The notes under the pieces were generated by a model. It was given only the letters and a program-made list of their open reading frames with translations, had not been told where the DNA came from and searched no databases. Below are positions 16,669-25,366 of a stretch of 64,000 nt of DNA, piece by piece; positions within the stretch are counted from its first letter, which is position 1; each line of letters opens with the position of its first letter. Position numbers and translations under genes: made by a program. The DNA comes from Saprospiraceae bacterium (lineage in GTDB: Bacteria; Bacteroidota; Bacteroidia; Chitinophagales; Saprospiraceae): contig JAEUUU010000013.1 in NCBI GenBank assembly GCA_016787345.1, positions 25,357 to 89,356 on the forward strand. Direction: 5' to 3'.

Positions 16669-18405
16669 ATGCGCCGCTTTCTTTCACTCTGCCTGATCCT
16701 GCTGGCCGCCCGCCTGGCCGCCCAGACCACCTACTGCAACCCGCTCAACATCGACTACGGCCACACACCCATACCCGGCGCGGCCGCCTGGGGCGCCCAC
16801 CGCGCCACCGCCGATCCGGTCATCGTGCGGTTCAAAGGGGATTACTACCTGTTCAGCACCAACCAGCGCGGCTACTGGTGGAGCAGCAACCTGTCCGACT
16901 GGCACTTCGTGTCGCGCAGTTTCCTGCGACCCGACCACGATACCTACGACGACCTCTGCGCCCCGGCCGTGGGCATCATCGGCGATACCCTCCTGGTGTT
17001 CGGCTCCACCTACACCCGCGATTTCCCGATCTGGATGAGCACCGAGCCGAAAAAAGCCGACAGCTGGACCGAAGCCGTGCACAAATTCGATATCGGCGGC
17101 TGGGACCCCGCCTTTTTCACCGATACCGACGGGCGACTGTACCTGTACAACGGCAGCAGCAACCGCTACCCGATCTACGGCGTCGAACTCGACCGCCAGA
17201 GTCTGCAACCCCTCGGCGCCCGCAAGGAACTCTACACCCTCGAACCCGAGCGCTACGGCTGGCAACGCTTCGGCGAACACCTCGACAACACCTTCCTCGA
17301 CCCCTTCATCGAGGGCGCCTGGATGACCCAATACGGCAACCGCTACTACCTCCAGTACGGCGCGCCGGGCACCGAATTCAGCGGATATGCCGACGGCGTG
17401 CTGGTGGGCCCCGGGCCGCTGGGACCTTTTACGCCGCAGTCGGACCCTTTTTCTTACAAACCCGGCGGCTTTATTCGCGGGGCGGGGCACGGCAGCACTT
17501 TTCAGGATGCCTGGGGCAATTACTGGCACACGTCTACCCTGGCCATTTCGGTCAAAAACAATTTCGAGCGCCGCATCGGCCTGTGGCCCGCCGGCTTCGA
17601 CGCCGACAGTGTGATGTACTGCAACACGGCGTTTGGCGACTACCCCCACTACCTGCCCGCCGGCCCGGCCGACCACCTCCAAAGCCGCTTCACCGGCTGG
17701 ATGCTGCTCAATTACCAAAAACCCGTGCAAGCCTCCTCCGCCCTGCCCGGCCATCCCGCCAACCTCGCCGCCGACGAAAACGTCAAAACATGGTGGGCCG
17801 CCGCTTCCAACCGGCCCGGCGAATGGTTCCAAACCGACCTGGGCGACACCTGCACCGTGTACGCCATCCAGGTCAACCACGCCGACCAGGGCGTCGATTT
17901 TATGGGTAAATCAGTGGGCGTGTACTACCGCTACAAACTCTGGCACTCCCTCGACGGCAAAAAATGGCGCCTCCTGAGCGACCGGAGCCAGGCGGGCCCC
18001 GACGCCCCGCACGACTATCTCGAACTGCCCCGGCCCCTGCGCACCCGCTATATCCGGATCGAATTCAGCGGACAGCGCACGGGCGCCTTCGCGCTCAGCG
18101 GCCTGCGCGTGTTCGGGCGCGGCGACGGCCCACCGCCCCCGGCCGTGCGCGAGTTCATTGTGCTGCGCACCGAAAAAGACCCGCGCTCCGCCTGGCTCAA
18201 ATGGCGCCCCGTCGATGAAGCCTGGGCCTACAACATCTATTTCGGCACGTCGCCCGGCAAACTTTACAACTGCATCATGGTACACGACGCCAACGAGTAC
18301 TGGTTCAAGGGCATGGACGCCCGCAAAACCTACTATTTCAGCATCGAGGCCGTGAATGAAAACGGGGTGTCGGAAAGGAGCGGGGTGGTGGAAAAAGCGC
18401 CTTAG
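16669..18405 (+). CDS. Glycoside hydrolase family 43 with F5/8 type C (discoidin) and FN3-like C-terminal domains
   Basis: Signal peptide 'MRRFLSLCLILLAARLAAQ'. GH43-like beta-propeller region ('ADPVIVRFKGDYYLFST', 'FIEGAWM'). 'WWAAASNRPGEWFQTDLG' is discoidin-like. The terminal region is FN3-like. Confidence 0.85.
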   Translation: MRRFLSLCLILLAARLAAQTTYCNPLNIDYGHTPIPGAAAWGAHRATADPVIVRFKGDYYLFSTNQRGYWWSSNLSDWHFVSRSFLRPDHDTYDDLCAPAVGIIGDTLLVFGSTYTRDFPIWMSTEPKKADSWTEAVHKFDIGGWDPAFFTDTDGRLYLYNGSSNRYPIYGVELDRQSLQPLGARKELYTLEPERYGWQRFGEHLDNTFLDPFIEGAWMTQYGNRYYLQYGAPGTEFSGYADGVLVGPGPLGPFTPQSDPFSYKPGGFIRGAGHGSTFQDAWGNYWHTSTLAISVKNNFERRIGLWPAGFDADSVMYCNTAFGDYPHYLPAGPADHLQSRFTGWMLLNYQKPVQASSALPGHPANLAADENVKTWWAAASNRPGEWFQTDLGDTCTVYAIQVNHADQGVDFMGKSVGVYYRYKLWHSLDGKKWRLLSDRSQAGPDAPHDYLELPRPLRTRYIRIEFSGQRTGAFALSGLRVFGRGDGPPPPAVREFIVLRTEKDPRSAWLKWRPVDEAWAYNIYFGTSPGKLYNCIMVHDANEYWFKGMDARKTYYFSIEAVNENGVSERSGVVEKAP

Positions 18406-20324
18406 GGCAGGTTATCCAGCCATTCTTTCGCCGTTTGGGTATTGGGATGCTGCTCGCCGAGTTGCTTCAAAAAAAGCCGATGGGCCTGGACAAAAAGATC
18501 GCGGGCTTTTTCCTTGTCGCCCGTGTTCAAAAAAACAACGCCGAGGTTGAGTTGGCGAACGGCAACGTTGGGATGATCGGGGCCAAAATTTTTCAAATCC
18601 GAGGCTGAGGCGGCCTCCAGCAAGTCCCGCGCACGCTCGTACTGACCAAGGTTTCGATACACGTTGGCCAAATTGGATTGGCGAACGGCAACGTTGGGAT
18701 GATCGGGGCCAAAATTTTTCACTGCCGAGGCTAAGGCTGCCTCCAGCAAGTCCCGCGCACGCTCGTACTGACCAAGGGAGTCATACACGTTGGCCAAATT
18801 GGATTGGCTTACGGCAACGTTGGGATGATCGGGGCCAAAATTTTTCACTGCCGAGGCTAAGGCGCCCTCCAGCAAGTCCCGCGCACGTTCGTACTGACCA
18901 AGGTTTCGATACACGTTGGCCAAATTGGATTGGCGAACGGCAACGGTGGGATGATCCGGGCCAAAATTTTTCAAATCCGAGGCTAAGGCGGCCTCCAGCA
19001 AGTCCCGCGCACGTTCGTACTGACCCGTTTCTTCAATCACCGCGCCCAGGTTATTCATCAGCCGGCTCGCCGCTGCCGTTTCCAGATCTTCCTCTTTTAA
19101 CATACCCAGCAAATGTTCCGCGTAGTTGATCCAGGGAAACAGCAGGGGATAGTTGGTGCTTACGTCGAAATTCAGCTTTTGGGTGAAGGTCTCTACCAGC
19201 ACCGCCCATTCCTCCATGCCCGGCGTCAACTGATAGCCCACGGCCTGTTGCAACATCCTGTGCAGCCCGAAGCGGGGGCCTTCGCTTCGGGTCAGCCAGC
19301 CTTTCCGGTCGAGGCGATCGAGGGTTTCGTGCAGCTGGCGCCGTTCTTCGGCGGGTACCTGCAGCCATTCTTCGAGTTGGGCGGCCGTAAAGGCGTTGCC
19401 GGGCGGCAGCCCGACAAAACGCGCGAGCAGGAGCCGTTCGGCCGCGTCGAGGCCCGAACAATCGAAAGCGGTGAGCAGGTGGACGTAAACCTCGGTTTCT
19501 TCCTTGCTGTGGTTGGAACTGATGCGGCGCTGGAGATCGGGGTCGGCCAGCTGGCGGCGGCGCAGTTTAGCGGTGAGCGTGGGCAGGTCGAGGCTGCCGA
19601 AGTGGTTTTCGAGGGTTTTGGCGAGCAGTTCGACGGTCAGGGTATGGCAATCGACCTCGCGCAGCAGCTCGTCGAGCGCGGCCGGCGGGCAGTCGCCGGT
19701 GTAGTATTTGCGGAAGAGTTGGGCAGCGGCTTCCGGAGAGAGCCGGTCGAGCGGCATGGGTTCGTAGCCGTTCAGGCGGTTTCGGGAGGTCAGGAGTACC
19801 CGCCATTCGGGCGGCAGGGGCATCTGGGCGCGTATGGCGGCCTGTTCCATTTCGGCGCCCGCATTGTCCACTACCAAAAGATTAGGCCCTTTGAGCTGGC
19901 GCAAGGCGTTCATAATGGTTTGAAAACGCGCTTCGGGCGGTTCGTTTGGCGCCGCGGGCTCGAGTTGCAGGTTGGTCGCTAGCGTGGGATGCCAGGCGAT
20001 GGTTTCGATAAAAGAAGCGGCGTATTGCTGCCCGTCATGGTTGTCGTTTCCGGCGAGTTCGATCCAGAGGAAATGTTCGTATTGGCGCAATACGCTTTGA
20101 AACCAGGCTTTTGCCAGGGTGGTTTTGCCGATGCCGCCCAGGCCGTTGACCACCACGACTTTTTGCGAGTGGTCCAGTTTCGACGCCAGCGCGCGCAGGT
20201 CTTCATCACGGCCCAGGCATTCTTCCTGCGGGTCGATCGGCAGATAGGGCGTCAGCTGACGGGGAATTTCGCGGGGCTGTCCGTTGATTTGCTGGATGAT
20301 CGTACCGGCCAGGGTGACACTCAC
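18402..20324 (-). CDS. NLR-like STAND NTPase: short N-terminal motif + NB-ARC P-loop + TPR_12-type repeats
   Basis: Walker A 'GLGGIGKTTLAKAW', Walker B-like 'LLVVDNA', then at least four 42-aa TPR units ('YERARDLLEAALAS..KNFGPDHPNVAV'). It starts with GTG at 20324; there is no in-frame ATG, GTG or TTG start codon in the ~75 nt I translated upstream of it. Only ~50 aa precede the P-loop domain. Confidence 0.85.
   Translation of the reverse strand: MSVTLAGTIIQQINGQPREIPRQLTPYLPIDPQEECLGRDEDLRALASKLDHSQKVVVVNGLGGIGKTTLAKAWFQSVLRQYEHFLWIELAGNDNHDGQQYAASFIETIAWHPTLATNLQLEPAAPNEPPEARFQTIMNALRQLKGPNLLVVDNAGAEMEQAAIRAQMPLPPEWRVLLTSRNRLNGYEPMPLDRLSPEAAAQLFRKYYTGDCPPAALDELLREVDCHTLTVELLAKTLENHFGSLDLPTLTAKLRRRQLADPDLQRRISSNHSKEETEVYVHLLTAFDCSGLDAAERLLLARFVGLPPGNAFTAAQLEEWLQVPAEERRQLHETLDRLDRKGWLTRSEGPRFGLHRMLQQAVGYQLTPGMEEWAVLVETFTQKLNFDVSTNYPLLFPWINYAEHLLGMLKEEDLETAAASRLMNNLGAVIEETGQYERARDLLEAALASDLKNFGPDHPTVAVRQSNLANVYRNLGQYERARDLLEGALASAVKNFGPDHPNVAVSQSNLANVYDSLGQYERARDLLEAALASAVKNFGPDHPNVAVRQSNLANVYRNLGQYERARDLLEAASASDLKNFGPDHPNVAVRQLNLGVVFLNTGDKEKARDLFVQAHRLFLKQLGEQHPNTQTAKEWLDNLP
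18540..19045. repeat. Four tandem 126-bp near-identical DNA repeats inside the TPR region of the STAND gene
   Basis: 'gcgaacggcaacgttgggatgatcggggccaaaattttt' recurs at 18555, 18681, 18807 and 18933, an exact 126-bp period. The units differ at only a few positions. Confidence 0.9.
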
Positions 20325-20356
20325 CGCCGTGCTGCCGCTGATCTCAACCTTCTGGC

Positions 20357-20719
20357 TTAAGTTTTTTTTTCCGGGTCGGCAGCCGGGCCGGCATTGTCGA
20401 TGTTGGTTTTTACTTCTTCGCTGTCGCGCACGGTCACAGAGCCGCCGTTTTTCAGGTCGGTCGTCACTTTTTTGCTGCCCTCGACGTTTACATTGCCCTT
20501 GTCGGCGTCTTTTTCCACGATGGCATAATACCCTGCGACGCCGAGCACACCCAGGATCACAAAAAACAAAAAGCCCAGTAGCAGGGACAGATTGTCGTTC
20601 TCGCCTTCACCGGCGACACGCACGATCGAGTCTCGCATAAGGTACACGAGAATCAGGCAGAATATCGCAACGCCGAACAGGTTGCGGATTTTGATGGCTT
20701 CACTGAAAAATTTCATCAT
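20357..20719 (-). CDS. Small two-TM protein with a repeat-containing hydrophilic tail (candidate effector partner of the STAND NTPase)
   Basis: 120 aa. Hydrophobic helices lie at ~14-28 and ~44-68. The tail has two 18-aa pseudo-repeats, 75-92 'GNVNVEGSKKVTTDLKNG' and 93-110 'GSVTVRDSEEVKTNIDNA'. The gene ends 32 bp before the STAND gene start. Confidence 0.7.
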   Translation of the reverse strand: MMKFFSEAIKIRNLFGVAIFCLILVYLMRDSIVRVAGEGENDNLSLLLGFLFFVILGVLGVAGYYAIVEKDADKGNVNVEGSKKVTTDLKNGGSVTVRDSEEVKTNIDNAGPAADPEKKT

Positions 20720-20796
20720 GGTTGGGTGCAGGCGGGTTGGGTTTCAGCTAATGTATGATCTGCGGCGGATATGCGGATGGCATTTGCCAGAATGAA

Positions 20797-21507
20797 TCAC
20801 ATAAAAAACCGCACAAACAAGATAATCCCGAACGTAATCACCACCTGCGTCAGCATCAGCGACAACACCGTTTTCAGGGCCACGAGCCAGAGCCGGCCGC
20901 CGAAAAACTGGTAGTTGGCCCAGGTCGTAAAAGCGGCCCACAGGACCAGGTAAACGGTGAGCATGGAAAAATAATAGGGCCGGAAAAACACGATCAGCGG
21001 CGTAAAAACCAGCATAAAAAACATGACCCGAAAGCCGCCGAGAAAGGCGTGAAGGGTCAGGTTTTCGGCGTAGTTGTAACGGCTGCGCCAAAAAAGCGCC
21101 CAGGTAAACAAAGCGCTCACCGGCGCCGCCACGAAAAAAACGAGGTTGATGTTTTTGCCGATGAGCGCCGACACGGGGTTGGCGTGCGTGGTGTCTGATT
21201 GCAGCAGATGGAATTTGGCCGTCAGGAAAGCCGACACCGCCACCGTCAGCACAAAATAACTGAACGGGTTGAAGTACTTTTTACGGCTGCCGGCCACGTA
21301 CGCTTTGGCCACCAGACCGGGGCGCAGGGCCATCTCCTTGGTCAGATGGAAAATACCCTTGTCGGCATGCGTGACGACGTGGATCAGCTCATGCAAAATA
21401 TGCCCCATGTCGAGGCGGTGTACATGGGTATTCTGCCCGCATTGTGGACAAAACGCGTGCTCCGGCGAGAGCGGGGCAGCGCAGTTTTTACAGTTGGTTT
21501 CGGTCAT
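20797..21507 (-). CDS. DUF3667-family membrane protein with N-terminal zinc ribbon
   Basis: 'CKNCAAPLSPEHAFCPQCGQ' zinc ribbon, followed by 'HILHELIHVVTHADKGIFHL' and multiple TM helices, the typical DUF3667 layout. Confidence 0.8.
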   Translation of the reverse strand: MTETNCKNCAAPLSPEHAFCPQCGQNTHVHRLDMGHILHELIHVVTHADKGIFHLTKEMALRPGLVAKAYVAGSRKKYFNPFSYFVLTVAVSAFLTAKFHLLQSDTTHANPVSALIGKNINLVFFVAAPVSALFTWALFWRSRYNYAENLTLHAFLGGFRVMFFMLVFTPLIVFFRPYYFSMLTVYLVLWAAFTTWANYQFFGGRLWLVALKTVLSLMLTQVVITFGIILFVRFFM

Positions 21508-21590
21508 GGAATGGGTATTTGAGGGTGCTAAGTTACTAATGGCAATTCATCGGAAAACGCATTAAATTTATCACTTCAAACAGAAATGCA

Positions 21591-21836
21591 ATGACCACTA
21601 TTACGACCGAGTTTTTTCGCAACAATTTGCGTGAGGTGCTCCGCCAGGTAAGAGAGGGGCGTTCTTTTTCACTTGTTGCCGGAGAGAACAATGAAGTAAT
21701 TGCCCGTCTGTTGCCCGCCAGTTCAACAAAAAATGCCCCCGCGCCCCGACCCATAGGTTTGTTGGCCGGGGTTGGCAGTTTTACCCTGAGCGAACCGTTC
21801 AAAATTAATGAAAACGAATTTACCGCTCAGGAATAA
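21591..21836 (+). CDS. Phd/YefM-type type II antitoxin (orphan)
   Basis: 81 aa. 'TTEFFRNNLREVLRQVREGRSFSLVAGENNEVIARLLP' resembles the Phd/YefM N-terminal fold. The tail 'GLLAGVGSFTLSEPFKINENEF' resembles the toxin-binding tails of VapB/Phd-like antitoxins in Bacteroidota. Confidence 0.65.
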   Translation: MTTITTEFFRNNLREVLRQVREGRSFSLVAGENNEVIARLLPASSTKNAPAPRPIGLLAGVGSFTLSEPFKINENEFTAQE

Positions 21837-21862
21837 CCCTCTTCCCCCTAACCGATTCACCC

Positions 21863-24460
21863 CTAAACCTCCTCCCGCAACACCTCCAGCGGCGGCTTCC
21901 GCACCACCTCCCGGCTGTTCAGCAACCCGATGATGACCGTGAGCGCCGTGATCAGCACAAAAATACCGAGCAAGGGCCACCAGTCGGGCGTGAAGGGGAT
22001 TTTGAAGGCAAAGGTTGCCAACGCCCAGGCGCCGGCCACGGAGAGGCCCACGCCGGCCAGACAGGCCAGGGCGCCCAGCAGGAAATATTCGATGGCGTTG
22101 ATGCGCAGAATCTGCCGGCGACTGGCGCCAAGGGTGCGCAGCAGCACACTTTCGCGGATGCGGGCGTATTTGCCCTGGTAAATCGAACTGAGCAGCACCA
22201 GCAAGCCCGTCAGGATGCTGAACAGGGCCATGAACCGAATCACAAACGAGACTTTTTTCAACACCTCGTCTACCGACTTGAGTATCTGCGTGAGGTCGAT
22301 GGCCGATACGTTGGGGAAACGCTGCACCAGCGCGGCCTGGAAACGGGCCGATTGCTCGGCGTCGGCCACTTTCGACACGACGACGTGAAACTGCGGCGCG
22401 GCTTCGAGCACCCCCTTTGGAAATACCACGAGGAAGTTGGTCTGCACCCGGTTGAAATCGACCTTGCGCACCGAACCAACCTCGGTTTCGATACGCGTGC
22501 CCTGCACGTTGAAGGCGATTTTGGTGCCGATTTTGGCCTTCATGGCGCGTTGCAGTCCGTCGGATATCGACACTTTGATGGGCTCGCCCGGCCGATGCTC
22601 GCCTTCCCAGGCGCCCTCGATGATGGTTTCGGTATCGATCAGCGTATCGCGGAACGTGACGCGGTACTCGCGGTCCCACACCCAGCGCGGCATGGCGGTG
22701 GTCGAGTCGGCCTGGTCCTGCGCCTTGGTGCGCCCGTCGATGTCGTCGACGCGTGTGGTGACGATGGCCACCTGTTGCATGACCGGCATGCCGTTGTCGC
22801 CGACGAGTCGGGCCACGCCCTCGCGCTGGTCGGGCAGAATGTCGAACAGGATCATGTTGGGCTGGTTGCCGCTGCCGGAAAACTCGACCTGACGCAGCAG
22901 CAGCGTCTGGATCAGAAACAGGGTGGAAAGCAGCATGGTGCCCAGACCGATGGTCACGACCAGCAAAACCGTCTGGTTTTCGGGGCGGAACAGGTTGGCA
23001 ATGCCCTGCCGCCACACGTACGACCAGCGGCGCGGGAAGAACCGGCGCAGCAGGAAGGTGAGCAGTTGCGCCAGTCCGTACAACACGGCAAAAGCCAGGG
23101 CCATACCGCCCATAAACCACAGGGTTTCCTTCCAGTCGCGCACCAGCCACCAGGTAAAACCCAGCAGCGAGGCCCCGATCAGCGCATACACCAGCCACCG
23201 CTGGCGCGAGGCTGCATGCTGGCGCGGGGCTGTGCGCTGGCGCGGGGCTGTGCCCCGTGCCCCACTATCCCCGGGGGCTGCGCCCCCTTTGTCATCCTCC
23301 TCAAACGACGCCCGCAACGTCCGCAACGGCGAAGTCCGCAGTATCCCCGACAGCGGCAGCAGGGCAAACAACACGGCCACGGCCAGGCCCATCGACACGC
23401 CCTGCGCCACGGCGGCCCAGGAGAGATCGGTGCTCACGGTTTCGATGGGCAGAAAGTCTTTGGCCAGCACCGGCAGCAGTTTTTGCAGCAGGGTGCCGAT
23501 CAGGGTACCCGCCAGCGCGCCCAGCAGTCCGATACCGACCACTTGCGTGAGGTACACGTAAAAAGCCTTGCGGCCGCTGGCGCCCAGACAGCGCAGAATG
23601 GCCACCGTGGGCAGTTTGTCTTTGATATAAATATGCACCGCGCCGGCCACGCCGATACAGCCGAGCAGCAGGGCGACGAAGCCCACGAGGTTGAGAAAAG
23701 TGGAAAAATTGCCGAATGCCTTGCCAATGGAGGCTTTGTTCGATTCCACCGTTTCCCAGTCGAGGCCAGCGGTTTTTAAAGGTTTTTCGATGGCTTTGGT
23801 CAAGGTTTCGACACTGGCCGGGGCTTCGATTTTGTAATAATACTGGTACCACACCCGGCTGCCTTTTTGCACCAGTCCGGTGGAATCGAGCCGCTCGAAC
23901 GGGATAAAAGCCACGGGAGCGATGGCGGAGCCGATACCCGCGCGGCCCGGCCGGGAGAGCAAATCGCCGGCGATCGGAAAGCTGAGGTTGCCAATATGAA
24001 TGCTGTCGCCCGGTTGCACGCCGAATTGCAGCATCAGGCCGTGTTCGACCAGCGCCTGACCGCTGTCGTGCCAGTTTTTCCAGGCGTCTTCGGGCTGGCT
24101 TTTCCATTTGCCGTAAAAAGGATAACCGGGGTCGGAAGCGCGCACGTTGGTGAGGCGGGTGCCGCCGGTTTTGGGGAAATAGGCCATGTTCAGCAGGTTG
24201 AACACGCGGGCCTGTTGCACGCCGGGCGTATTGTTGAGCAGCATCAGCACCGAGTCGGGCGCCGGCTGGTTGCCCTCGATGAGCAGGTCGGCGCCCAGCA
24301 GGGTTTTGGCTTCCCGGTCGATGTCGGCGGTGAGGTTGTCGCTAAATGAGCGCACGGCCGTCAGTGCGGCGATGCCGGCGATGATGGCGGAGATAAAAAG
24401 CAGCAGGCGGGCCCGGTTGCGGCGGCTGTCGCGCCAGGCCATTTTGAGTACGAAGGACAT
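21863..24460 (-). CDS. ABC transporter permease with duplicated FtsX/MacB-like modules (YbbP-like)
   Basis: 865 aa. 'MAWRDSRRNRARLLLFISAIIAGIAALTAV' is an FtsX-type start. There are two FtsX 4-TM modules with large periplasmic domains. No ATPase gene is adjacent. Confidence 0.9.
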   Translation of the reverse strand: MSFVLKMAWRDSRRNRARLLLFISAIIAGIAALTAVRSFSDNLTADIDREAKTLLGADLLIEGNQPAPDSVLMLLNNTPGVQQARVFNLLNMAYFPKTGGTRLTNVRASDPGYPFYGKWKSQPEDAWKNWHDSGQALVEHGLMLQFGVQPGDSIHIGNLSFPIAGDLLSRPGRAGIGSAIAPVAFIPFERLDSTGLVQKGSRVWYQYYYKIEAPASVETLTKAIEKPLKTAGLDWETVESNKASIGKAFGNFSTFLNLVGFVALLLGCIGVAGAVHIYIKDKLPTVAILRCLGASGRKAFYVYLTQVVGIGLLGALAGTLIGTLLQKLLPVLAKDFLPIETVSTDLSWAAVAQGVSMGLAVAVLFALLPLSGILRTSPLRTLRASFEEDDKGGAAPGDSGARGTAPRQRTAPRQHAASRQRWLVYALIGASLLGFTWWLVRDWKETLWFMGGMALAFAVLYGLAQLLTFLLRRFFPRRWSYVWRQGIANLFRPENQTVLLVVTIGLGTMLLSTLFLIQTLLLRQVEFSGSGNQPNMILFDILPDQREGVARLVGDNGMPVMQQVAIVTTRVDDIDGRTKAQDQADSTTAMPRWVWDREYRVTFRDTLIDTETIIEGAWEGEHRPGEPIKVSISDGLQRAMKAKIGTKIAFNVQGTRIETEVGSVRKVDFNRVQTNFLVVFPKGVLEAAPQFHVVVSKVADAEQSARFQAALVQRFPNVSAIDLTQILKSVDEVLKKVSFVIRFMALFSILTGLLVLLSSIYQGKYARIRESVLLRTLGASRRQILRINAIEYFLLGALACLAGVGLSVAGAWALATFAFKIPFTPDWWPLLGIFVLITALTVIIGLLNSREVVRKPPLEVLREEV

Positions 24461-24706
24461 ACGTTGTAAAGAACGATAAAGCGTTTGCCTGAGGGTGGCA
24501 AAGCCTCCGGAAAACAGTGAAACTGCCGGGGCGTTGCGGGCTCATTTGTTTTTTTCGATCAATGCGCCCCGGCAGCCGGTTCAAGCCCTCAAAAAACGGA
24601 TGGACGACGGGCACTTCAGATCAACTACGGGGCTGACCCGCATCATTCGCGCCGCTTGCCGATGCCTGCAATTTTGTTGTACTTTTTCACCTAACCACAC
24701 CAGGCC

Positions 24707-25363
24707 ATGACCAACAGAATCTTTTTTCTCGCCGTGTCTCTGCTCCTTGCCGGCATGGGCCTGAAAGCCCAAACGGCCTTTACCGAGCAGGGCAATTTCC
24801 TGATTGGCTCCACGGTTGGCTTTTCCAGCAACGAATCCCGTTTGAAATCCTCCACCCAGTCCGGCTCTGCCGAGGGAGAAGGCCCTTATTCGCTGCAATG
24901 GAACCTCAACCCGCACATCGGGTATTTCCTGCTCGACAACTTCAATCTGGGTATCGGGCTGGACTACACGTTCAGCCGTGAAAAACAACCCAATGCCGAC
25001 AAAACGGACGACAGCGACCTGCTGTTCGGCCCCTTTGCCCGCCTGTACCTGCCGCTGGGCGACGACCAGGCTTTTTTCCTCGAAGGCAATTTCGGGTTCG
25101 GCAACTCGTCGGACAACCTGATTATCGGCGGCGCGCCGCAAAGTATCAACAGCAACATCATTGCCGTGGGCGCCGGACCGGGATTCACGATCTTTTCCAG
25201 CCGGGCCGTGGGGCTTGAAGCGTTGTTCAAATACAACTATGCGCGCACCAAGTTCCAGACGACCGAAAACGGCGTCACGACCGAAACGACCAGCCGCACC
25301 AATCAGTTTGCCGTATCGCTGGGCGTGCAGTTCTACTTCGGCGGGTTCAGCAAGGCGTACTGA
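24707..25363 (+). CDS. Outer-membrane beta-barrel protein (porin-family/OmpW-like)
   Basis: Signal peptide 'FFLAVSLLLAGMGLKAQ'. Alternating beta-strand pattern. The terminal strand is aromatic-rich ('FAVSLGVQFYFGGF'). Confidence 0.75.
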   Translation: MTNRIFFLAVSLLLAGMGLKAQTAFTEQGNFLIGSTVGFSSNESRLKSSTQSGSAEGEGPYSLQWNLNPHIGYFLLDNFNLGIGLDYTFSREKQPNADKTDDSDLLFGPFARLYLPLGDDQAFFLEGNFGFGNSSDNLIIGGAPQSINSNIIAVGAGPGFTIFSSRAVGLEALFKYNYARTKFQTTENGVTTETTSRTNQFAVSLGVQFYFGGFSKAY

Positions 25364-25366
25364 TCA

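Noticed and set aside
21723-23779. Two long ORFs (21723..23198 minus, out of frame; 22352..23779 plus)
   Set aside because: Both overlap the FtsX-type permease gene. Their Arg/Gly/His/Pro-rich translations look like frame artefacts.
24523-24575. 11-bp perfect inverted repeat 'ctgccggggcg'/'cgccccggcag' with a 31-nt loop upstream of the OMP gene
   Set aside because: It is an isolated single occurrence with a long loop and no T-tract. The evidence is insufficient for a terminator or operator call.
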